Assembly: GCA_965140445.1 (NCBI GenBank) | Contig: OZ223236.1 | Location: 2,016,001 to 2,080,000 of the forward strand | Direction of reading: 5' to 3' | Length of the DNA: 64,000 bases | Source: Candidatus Ozemobacteraceae bacterium | GTDB lineage: Bacteria; Muiribacteriota; Ozemobacteria; Ozemobacterales; Ozemobacteraceae | Notes under the pieces: generated by a model | What the model was told of the DNA's origin: nothing | The model's database searches: none | What the model saw: only the letters and a program-made list of their open reading frames with translations | In this document: piece after piece, positions 56,734 through 64,000 of the stretch | Layout: the number at the start of each line of letters is the position of its first letter | Numbering within the stretch: position 1 is the stretch's first letter | Program-made: the position numbers and the translations under genes

Positions 56734-57546
56734 ATGAAAATTTACATAGTTGCAGATATGGAAGGCGTTGCCGGAGTTGTATCTTTCGATCAAACCCATG
56801 GGAATTCGGCAGATTATGAATCGGCCAGAATTCAGTATACCCGTGAAATAAAGGCTGTTTGTGAAGGTGCTCTGGAAGAAGGCGTTGAAGAAATCTACAT
56901 AAATGATTTTCATGGCAATGGACGGAATTTAATCCTTGAAAGCCTGCCTGAAGGGGTAATGGTAGTTCGAGGGGATTTTCGTCCTCAGTCTGGATATGAC
57001 TTACTCGACAAAACTTTCGGCGGTATTATTTTTGTGGGGGCGCATGCAAGAACCGGTACTTTTTCTGGACTTATGCCCCATACATATTCTTCCAAGTTGA
57101 ATTACGAGATTTTTGGACAGCCAGTTGGCGAATTCGATTTATTGTCTTTAATCGGTGGTGAATTTAAAGTTCCCACGATTATGATTTCAGGAGATTCTGC
57201 AACTATTGAGCAAGCCAGAACTAATCTTCCATCGACCCATATGGTTATAACCAAATATTCTGTCGGAAACAACGGAGCGCTTTGTATCCATCCCAGAAGG
57301 GTTTGCAATTTGCTAAGAGAAGAAGTTAAGCGGGCCGTAAAAAATGTGGGAAGCATCGAACCGCCTCAGATTTCTCCACCTACTCAGCTTACTATTAAAC
57401 TTAATGATGTGGCCATTGCTTCCAGAATAGAGTGGATTCCAGGCTTGGAGCGTATCAATGATACAACTTTTGAATATGTCGGCAAAAGCATGAAAGAAAT
57501 TGCTGATGTGGTCTATGGAACAACCGTTCTTGCTGAAGGAATCTAG
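56734..57546 (+). CDS. M55 family D-aminopeptidase (DppA-like)
   Basis: IVADMEGVAGV, NDFHG, GAHAR, PHT, GE, SGD. Confidence 0.9.
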   Translation: MKIYIVADMEGVAGVVSFDQTHGNSADYESARIQYTREIKAVCEGALEEGVEEIYINDFHGNGRNLILESLPEGVMVVRGDFRPQSGYDLLDKTFGGIIFVGAHARTGTFSGLMPHTYSSKLNYEIFGQPVGEFDLLSLIGGEFKVPTIMISGDSATIEQARTNLPSTHMVITKYSVGNNGALCIHPRRVCNLLREEVKRAVKNVGSIEPPQISPPTQLTIKLNDVAIASRIEWIPGLERINDTTFEYVGKSMKEIADVVYGTTVLAEGI

Positions 57547-59016
57547 CTATTTTTTCTCAATATCATATTGTTTAATTTTTCTTTGCAATGTTCTTCTTGA
57601 TACATCAAGCTGATCAGCTGTTTTTGAAACATTGAAATCATTTTTCTTTAATGAGCTTAAAATGATCTGCTTTTCAGCACGATTCATTTGTTCCTCAAAT
57701 GTTCCGCTAAAATCCTGAGGAATTTCTTCGGTCTGATGCTCACTATTGGTAAATGGGTTGTAATTACCCTTGTTGCTGAGTTGCGTTAACAAGGGCGGTA
57801 GGTCATTAATGGTGATTTTTCCATCTGATAATACCAGAGCTCGTTTTAAAACATTCTCTAGTTCACGTATATTTCCTGGCCACGAATGGTTTTGAAATAG
57901 CTCAAGCACTTCTGGAGTAAATTCAGGCTTTTGCTTTTTGTTCTGTTCTGCAAATATTGTAATGAAATGGTCAATCAGAAGAGGTAGATCATCTTTTCTC
58001 TCTCTGAGGGGAGGTAAGGTGATAGTCATTTCATTTATTCTATAATAAAGATCATGTCTGAAATTTTCAGCCCTCATCAGGTCAAACATGTTTCGATTTG
58101 TTGCTGCGATTATTCTGGTGTCAATTTTGACTGGGGAGGTTCCACCAAGTCTGAAAAATTGTTTTTCCTGTAATACTCTTAAAAGCTTTACTTGTGTATT
58201 TAAAGATGTTTCAGTGATTTCATCCAGGAAAATTGTTCCGCCATTGGAAATCTCAAAAAAACCTTTTTTCTGAAATTGGGCTCCAGTAAATGCGCCTTTT
58301 TCGTAGCCGAACAATTCGCTTTCAATAATGGTATCAGGTAAAGCTCCACAGTTTACTGCAACAAAATTTTGATTTTTTCTGTTTGAAAGAGTGTGGATCG
58401 CATGTGCTATAAGCTCTTTTCCTGTGCCACTTTCACCCTCAATCAGAACTGAAAGGTTACTATTGCTTATTTTTTCAAGGCAGGCAAAGATGGAATTCAT
58501 TTTTTCAGATTTCCCAATAATGCCGTTAAAAGAAAGTTCTCTTTTTGAAGTTGCTTTCGATGGAGTTGCTACCTCATAGACGTTGGCTGGTGAAAATTCA
58601 ACAATGTATTTTTTTGAGATTTTTTTCAGCCAAATCGGGATCACTGAGGCTAAATGCTGGATCTCAGAATCAATTAACTGCATTTTTCTTCCTTCTTTCC
58701 AGATTATGGCAGTTAATTGTTCCTGGGATAATGCCAGCAAATCTTCGGCGTTTTTTTCAAGAAGCTTGTCAAGAATATGCAGGTAGGATACGTATCTTTG
58801 CGGAGCTTCCTGATTTAATGTTTCAACCAGGCCAATATCATTAAGGATCTTTCTTCGCATTTCAGGAGGAAGTGCCATATTAAAGTTTACTTCCTGCTTT
58901 CTGGAAAAGTCTTCCTTCCAGTGCTCAAACAAATTGTCCATCTGTTTTAGCCCGGTGGGGGCTATTTCAGATAGAAAATCCGCCGCAAGCTTTCTAATGT
59001 CCTGGTCGTGTATCAT
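57547..59016 (-). CDS. sigma54-dependent transcriptional activator (AAA+ plus Fis HTH)
   Basis: GESGTGKE, ESELFG, GAFTGA, WPGNIREL, C-terminal HTH; N-terminal domain not recognised. Confidence 0.93.
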   Translation of the reverse strand: MIHDQDIRKLAADFLSEIAPTGLKQMDNLFEHWKEDFSRKQEVNFNMALPPEMRRKILNDIGLVETLNQEAPQRYVSYLHILDKLLEKNAEDLLALSQEQLTAIIWKEGRKMQLIDSEIQHLASVIPIWLKKISKKYIVEFSPANVYEVATPSKATSKRELSFNGIIGKSEKMNSIFACLEKISNSNLSVLIEGESGTGKELIAHAIHTLSNRKNQNFVAVNCGALPDTIIESELFGYEKGAFTGAQFQKKGFFEISNGGTIFLDEITETSLNTQVKLLRVLQEKQFFRLGGTSPVKIDTRIIAATNRNMFDLMRAENFRHDLYYRINEMTITLPPLRERKDDLPLLIDHFITIFAEQNKKQKPEFTPEVLELFQNHSWPGNIRELENVLKRALVLSDGKITINDLPPLLTQLSNKGNYNPFTNSEHQTEEIPQDFSGTFEEQMNRAEKQIILSSLKKNDFNVSKTADQLDVSRRTLQRKIKQYDIEKK

Positions 59017-59774
59017 TATTTCTTCTTAGCTCCAAGTTTTCTTAAAAAGTGTTTTGATGTTTTGTCGTCTGGTTCTGCCTGGAGTGCTTTTCGATAAGCA
59101 TCTTTTGCTTTCTCTTTATCACCTGTTTCCATGCTTACTCTTCCAAGCCAGCGCCATGCTTCTGCATTTGCCGGATTTCTTGTGGTTGCTTCTTCAAGTG
59201 AGGCAGTTGCACTTGCGAAATTTTTCTGATTGTAGAACAGGTAAGCTAATTTTCTAAGTGATTCCGATAAGTAAGCTTCGATAATAGCCTTTTTGTCTGT
59301 GTTTGGAAACTTTTCCAGATATTCTTGCCACGCGCTACATTCTTTGGCGTAGAACTTCATTTGCTGGTAAAGTTTGGCTAATCTGAAAAGATAAATATCT
59401 GCTTTTTCTGGTTCAAGTTTAAGAAGATGATTCAACTTCTGAATTTCAAGGTCCATTTTTGCCCTTGATGATTCGCCGAGTCTTAAATCTTCTCGGACGT
59501 CAGAGTTGATTGAACCAAGAATTCTCATTTCTGCCAAGGGGGTGTTGCACTTTTCGCAAAAATCTATGTTGGCAGGGTTTTCGTGTTGGCATTTTAAGCA
59601 TTTGTTAAAAGGCTTTTGGCAGTTTTCGCATCTTCTGGCGTCTTCAGAAGCAATCAAATTACAATCTTTGCAAACATTTCTATAGGCAAAAACAGAATTG
59701 GTTAGAGCTAAGAGAAAGATAACAAGTAAAAATGAAAAACCTAATTTTTTAATCGATCTTGATGTAAAAATCAT
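59016..59774 (-). CDS. Exported double-zinc-ribbon plus TPR protein
   Basis: Signal peptide ending VFA, four CxxC motifs, TPR repeats; likely start ATG 59774 after GGAG. Confidence 0.75.
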   Translation of the reverse strand: MIFTSRSIKKLGFSFLLVIFLLALTNSVFAYRNVCKDCNLIASEDARRCENCQKPFNKCLKCQHENPANIDFCEKCNTPLAEMRILGSINSDVREDLRLGESSRAKMDLEIQKLNHLLKLEPEKADIYLFRLAKLYQQMKFYAKECSAWQEYLEKFPNTDKKAIIEAYLSESLRKLAYLFYNQKNFASATASLEEATTRNPANAEAWRWLGRVSMETGDKEKAKDAYRKALQAEPDDKTSKHFLRKLGAKKK

Positions 59775-60594
59775 GACAAACTCCATTTGAGGCTGGTATT
59801 GCTCCAGCTTTTTCAATCGCTTTGCTTGAAAGCAGTATTTTACCACCTTTGAGAGAGCCCACGGTTCTCAAAATTGGAAGAATTGCCTCTGGTTCTCCCT
59901 TGAAATTTCCTTCTCTGAATATGTGCCATTCTCGACCATCATAGCATGCGACATAGGGTCTTGAATTAAAAATTATTCTATATAGCTCTGGTTTGGAATA
60001 TTTGAAAACTCCGTATTCTGCTCCAATATAAGCTCTGTTTAAAACAAATGCTGCACTTAGTGGAGAGCCCAGAAAGGATTGCAAATTTACTTTTGCTGTG
60101 TCGTCAGGGTGTATTGCAAATCTCTCGAAATCAAGTGTTATTGAGTTTTCAATATCTCTGGTTTCAACAAATTGATATTCCCGGTCAGAAAATACTCCAA
60201 TCATTTCTAGAGTTTCTCTTGTGTTTTCTTTGTCTCCAAAAATAACCAGATCTTCTTTTTCTCGTTTTTTTGCTTCTTCTTTGAGGCCTTCTAATAGTTT
60301 TCTTGCAACTTTTGGGTGTTGATAGTCGTGGTGAATTCGCCACTTTGGAACTATTGCTGATTTTTGGCCGTTTGCAACCAGATCAGCGTGCGCAAATACG
60401 ATGTTTCCATAGGAAACGACCCAACAGGACCCAGGAGATCTGACCACAGCTTTTGAATGAAGCTTGCAAGTGTCTGAAGAGTCAAACCAGGAACCTTCAA
60501 GAATTTCAGCGCACCTATGCATATCTACTATGGATTCGGGATCTTCCTCATATGACAATTCTCTGAATACCATCTGCTGAAAGACTTCGTGCAT
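59749..60594 (-). CDS. Hypothetical protein, possible degenerate GNAT fold
   Basis: IHHDYQHPKVARKLL resembles GNAT motif A; likely start ATG 60594. Confidence 0.55.
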   Translation of the reverse strand: MHEVFQQMVFRELSYEEDPESIVDMHRCAEILEGSWFDSSDTCKLHSKAVVRSPGSCWVVSYGNIVFAHADLVANGQKSAIVPKWRIHHDYQHPKVARKLLEGLKEEAKKREKEDLVIFGDKENTRETLEMIGVFSDREYQFVETRDIENSITLDFERFAIHPDDTAKVNLQSFLGSPLSAAFVLNRAYIGAEYGVFKYSKPELYRIIFNSRPYVACYDGREWHIFREGNFKGEPEAILPILRTVGSLKGGKILLSSKAIEKAGAIPASNGVCHDFYIKID

Positions 60595-60708
60595 TTTCTC
60601 ACCTCGTTTAATTATCAATTAATTTTATACATTGTGCACAGATAAATTCAACAAAAGTATTTAAAAGGTCGATTAACTATTTTGAAAATTATTTTTTAGG
60701 ATAACAAA

Positions 60709-62271
60709 TTGGAAAATTGGGTTGTAAATGAAGCTACATTAAAGAACTCTGGTGCCATTGCTGCATTTTTTCTAGCATTTGTCTTTTTATCTGCTGGCTG
60801 GCGGACTCTTTTGCACATTGCGCGAAAGAGAAAGGAAGATAAGATAAGCCAAATCGCTGGAACAATTCTTATGCCAGGATATTTGCTTATTGGAGCAGTT
60901 TGTTTTCATTTCTGTTTAAATTATCTTGGGCCTGAAGTTGTTAAACCCGGAATTTTTATTTTTTCCTCTATTCTGTTAGACGCGGCGCTGGTAACAATTT
61001 TTGGAGAAATTCTATTTGCCGTTGGCTTGGGTTACTATAGTAAAACCAGATCAGGAGAAGAGTTTCCCAGTATTTTCAGGCAGATTTTAAAAGGATTGAT
61101 CTACTTAATTGTTTTTCTTTCCTTTATGTCAAATACTTACCATGTTGATATTACGCCGCTATTAACCACTTCAGCTGTTTTTACAATGGTGCTCGGTCTT
61201 GCGTTGCAGGATGTTTTGGGCAATTTATTCTCCGGCCTGTCTGTACACATTTCTCCCCCGTTCAAGATTGGAGATTGGATTCAGATAAATGGACTAATGG
61301 GGAAAGTAGTAGAATCAAACTGGAGAGCAACCACGCTTAAATTGCCCTCAAAAGCAACATTTATCCTTCCCAATAACGATATTGCCAGAAAGGATATTTT
61401 GAATTTTTCTGATGATTCTGGCGTAATGTTTAAAGAATTTAAGGTGGGATTGCCTTATGATGTATCTCCTGAAAGAATTCGAAATGTATTGCTGGGCGCA
61501 TGCAAACAGGTAGATTCTATAAAGGATAGTCCTGCGCCAACCGTTATTATGGGCGAGTTCAAAGATTTTGCAATTGAATATACTGTAAGGTTTTGGTTGG
61601 CTAATGAAGAAAATCCTGACCGTGTTAATAGCGAACTTTCTTCGAGGGTTTGGTATCGTTTGAAAAGAGAGGGAATTTCAGTTCCATTCCCGATTAGAGA
61701 TGTTTATGTTCATCAGGAAAAGGATAGTCACCAGAAAACAATTGAGCACCGTTTGAGTTTAATTTCAGGAATTGATTTTCTTAAAGATCTGGAGAAGGAA
61801 TGGAAATCTTATATTGCCGAAAGACTTGAAGAATGCTGGTATGAGACTGGTGAAGTCATTGTAAAAGAAAATGATGCTGATTCGGATTTCTTTATTGTTG
61901 ATCGCGGAGAAGTTGCTGTAACTCTACGCAAAACTGGGCGAAAACCTGTGGCAAAGTTGGGGCAGGGCGAGTTTTTTGGCGAAATGTCACTGCTTACAGG
62001 TGAAAAGCGCTCTGCGACAGTGTCTGCAGAGTCTGAAACAAGATTGTTAAAGCTTAGCAAAGATACTATGGCTCATTTGCTGGGAGAAAACGCGAAATTG
62101 GCTGAAAAGTTGAGTGTGGTGCTCTCAGAGAGAAATCAACAGAATCAGGAACTTATCAAAAACCAAAGCATGTATTATGCTGCTGTTTCAGCAGGTAGAC
62201 GCGCTGATTATGAAGGGGCAAGTAAAGCAGCCATTTTGCAGAAAATCAGGAGCTTTTTCAAATTATACTAA
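60709..62271 (+). CDS. MscS-family mechanosensitive channel with C-terminal cNMP-binding domain
   Basis: GLALQDVLGNLFSG, PFKIGDWI, GISVPFP, then FFGEMSLLTGEKRSATV. Confidence 0.93.
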   Translation: MENWVVNEATLKNSGAIAAFFLAFVFLSAGWRTLLHIARKRKEDKISQIAGTILMPGYLLIGAVCFHFCLNYLGPEVVKPGIFIFSSILLDAALVTIFGEILFAVGLGYYSKTRSGEEFPSIFRQILKGLIYLIVFLSFMSNTYHVDITPLLTTSAVFTMVLGLALQDVLGNLFSGLSVHISPPFKIGDWIQINGLMGKVVESNWRATTLKLPSKATFILPNNDIARKDILNFSDDSGVMFKEFKVGLPYDVSPERIRNVLLGACKQVDSIKDSPAPTVIMGEFKDFAIEYTVRFWLANEENPDRVNSELSSRVWYRLKREGISVPFPIRDVYVHQEKDSHQKTIEHRLSLISGIDFLKDLEKEWKSYIAERLEECWYETGEVIVKENDADSDFFIVDRGEVAVTLRKTGRKPVAKLGQGEFFGEMSLLTGEKRSATVSAESETRLLKLSKDTMAHLLGENAKLAEKLSVVLSERNQQNQELIKNQSMYYAAVSAGRRADYEGASKAAILQKIRSFFKLY

Positions 62272-62298
62272 GAGCTTCTATTGCTATTGACTTGAATT

Positions 62299-62362
62299 AA
62301 AATTTTGCTCACTCGTTTTTTAGCCTTTAAATACGTGGCTTTAAATGACGTGAGCAAATTTT
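62299..62362. other. Imperfect hairpin downstream of mscS
   Basis: TTTGCTCAC/GTGAGCAAA outer arms with an inner AGCC/GGCT stem. Confidence 0.45.
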
Positions 62363-62553
62363 CTTAACAGCTGCCCTGTAAAAATGTATCATTGTAAAGA
62401 CTGGGCCATAAAATTGAATGACAATTTGCTAGCGATTTTAATCATTTTGCAGAGAACTAAAAATTTGTAGCTGCAGATGTTTGCTCCAAAAAATGGAAAA
62501 ATATAGTTTAGGTGCTCGCTTAAAACCGTATTTTTCAATATAGGAATAACGAT

Positions 62554-64000
62554 TTGAAAAATATAGACAAAATTTTTTTTAACCTGATTATCGGGACTTT
62601 TGTTTTTTTATTATTTTCTCAAAATTTTATTGGGCGTGCTTTTGCTGTTCCTGGATTTAACGGAAGTGCTGTTTCTGCTTCGTCAGCAGAAGCAGATGAG
62701 GGAGAGGGTTACACACCGGGTATAATCACTCACCCGAACACTATGGCGACCGTTAAATACCAGGGGAAGATGATCCGGGTTAAAATTGTTGATCGGGAAG
62801 TTAATCCTGGAGGCCGCACTCACGAAACTTTAGAAACCGATGATGGCAAATTATTATCCAAAACTATATATCGTAATGGAGAAGTTTTAATTTATGATTA
62901 TGGGTTCAGGAAAAAAAGTTCCGGGAGTGGATCTACAAATGTTTCCCCAGAAAAGTCTGGAAATAAAAAGCGAACTGTAGTTCCGAAAAATAATAGATCT
63001 GTTAAAAAGAAGAGAACTTCCACCGCAAAAACGAATCAGAATCGACAACCGATTGTAAGTGGGAAAAAATATAAATCTGAAGACGAATTTAGAAAAGCAA
63101 ACAATATTCCACCAAGAACTACAAAAGAAAAAGTTATTGAAGTTGCTGTTAAAGGATTGACAACGGTTGGTGTTTTGGGGCTTTTATACTTTGTCTTTGC
63201 TCCTACTAAAGTTGCTGCTACTTCAGTTGCCTCAACTGCAGTGGGAAGTGCTGTTGAAGCTTATGGTAGTTCCGGGGCTTCGGGAATCGCTGGTGGTGGA
63301 GATTTACCAATTGATGGAATGAGCGGCGACGAAATTTCTGGAGAAGTTTATACTGAGGCAGATGTTGAATTGCCAGAGCCGCCAAAACCGGGGGAAACCC
63401 GAAGTTATACTGATGAAAATGGTTCCAGATGGACCGAAGTTTATGACGGCCAGAACTGGGTTGACCATAAGAGCTACGATGCTGCAAAAAATCAAATTGC
63501 AGACAATCAGGAGTGGATGGAAAAAGAAAGAATTAAACAGCAAAGCCATGATACAGCTTTTGACAGAGAGCTGGCTCAAAATAAAGTTGATCTTGAAAAT
63601 CAGATAAGTGATATTCACAAAAGAAATATGGGCCAAATTCGTGAAAATCTGGAATTGGTTCAAAGTGGGGATGAGATGCTGCAAGCTATGAATGAGAGAG
63701 CATTGCAGAGGATTGAAAAAATAAATGATGTTATTGATACAGGCAAAGCATTGGCGGACGTGGCTTTACCTGTGATTGGTGCAGCGGTTGGAGGAGCTCC
63801 TGCTTTTGTTGCTGGAACTGGATATACTATTTTCAGCGAGATTGGAGCAGGAGTGGGTAACGTTATTGCTGATCCAACCAGAAATATAGTTGCTGAAGTA
63901 GGAAAGGGCGTCGCAAGGGGAGCAGTAAATGTCATAGTTGGTGAAGGTTTAAATTCAGCCATGTCACTGGGTGGAAAAGCCTTGAGTGCCGGTCTAAAGT
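62554..64000 (+). CDS. Large exported/membrane protein, truncated at window edge (absent from ORF track)
   Basis: TTG 62554 after AGGA; frame open to 64000: MKNIDKIFFNLIIGTFVFLLFSQNFIGRAFA^VPG..., TM segment, coiled coil, Gly/Ala-rich hydrophobic region. Confidence 0.85.
   Translation, partial: MKNIDKIFFNLIIGTFVFLLFSQNFIGRAFAVPGFNGSAVSASSAEADEGEGYTPGIITHPNTMATVKYQGKMIRVKIVDREVNPGGRTHETLETDDGKLLSKTIYRNGEVLIYDYGFRKKSSGSGSTNVSPEKSGNKKRTVVPKNNRSVKKKRTSTAKTNQNRQPIVSGKKYKSEDEFRKANNIPPRTTKEKVIEVAVKGLTTVGVLGLLYFVFAPTKVAATSVASTAVGSAVEAYGSSGASGIAGGGDLPIDGMSGDEISGEVYTEADVELPEPPKPGETRSYTDENGSRWTEVYDGQNWVDHKSYDAAKNQIADNQEWMEKERIKQQSHDTAFDRELAQNKVDLENQISDIHKRNMGQIRENLELVQSGDEMLQAMNERALQRIEKINDVIDTGKALADVALPVIGAAVGGAPAFVAGTGYTIFSEIGAGVGNVIADPTRNIVAEVGKGVARGAVNVIVGEGLNSAMSLGGKALSAGLK

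Noticed and set aside
63218..63962. Short ORFs listed near the right edge
   Set aside because: They are shadows of the long plus-strand ORF starting at 62554.
1..64000. CRISPR arrays, tRNA/rRNA genes, transposases, integrases, prophage
   Set aside because: None recognised by eye; intergenic gaps are short and mostly explained by promoters and terminators. A covariance search could still find small RNAs.

Overview
Gene-dense, AT-rich bacterial chromosomal segment from a probable diderm (it encodes a secretin and lipoproteins); the gene content suggests an uncultured lineage such as Ca. Riflebacteria, which is an unverified guess. Housekeeping genes include rlmD-like, rpsO-pnp, dapF, ridA, obg-nadD/yqeK-LCP-queA-tgt and uvrB, plus a 6S RNA missed by the ORF track. 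Accessory modules: (1) a trio of class III signal-peptide pseudopilins; (2) a Tad pilus locus lacking an Flp pilin gene, whose 900-aa TadG carries a ~500-aa enzyme-like, Cys-rich insert and whose tadE-tadE-tadG unit has a sigma54-type promoter; (3) three paralogous CEKGxLG lipoproteins behind back-to-back sigma28-type promoters, one frameshifted at an A_AAG site; (4) a sugar-phosphate-type bacterial microcompartment operon with phosphopentomutase, an Asp-variant RpiB and a flavoprotein-like/dead-triosephosphate-isomerase fusion, but no DeoC aldolase or alcohol dehydrogenase. A long exported ORF absent from the ORF track runs off the right edge. No rRNA, tRNA, CRISPR array or mobile element was recognised. 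All family calls come from motif recognition by eye, not database searches.
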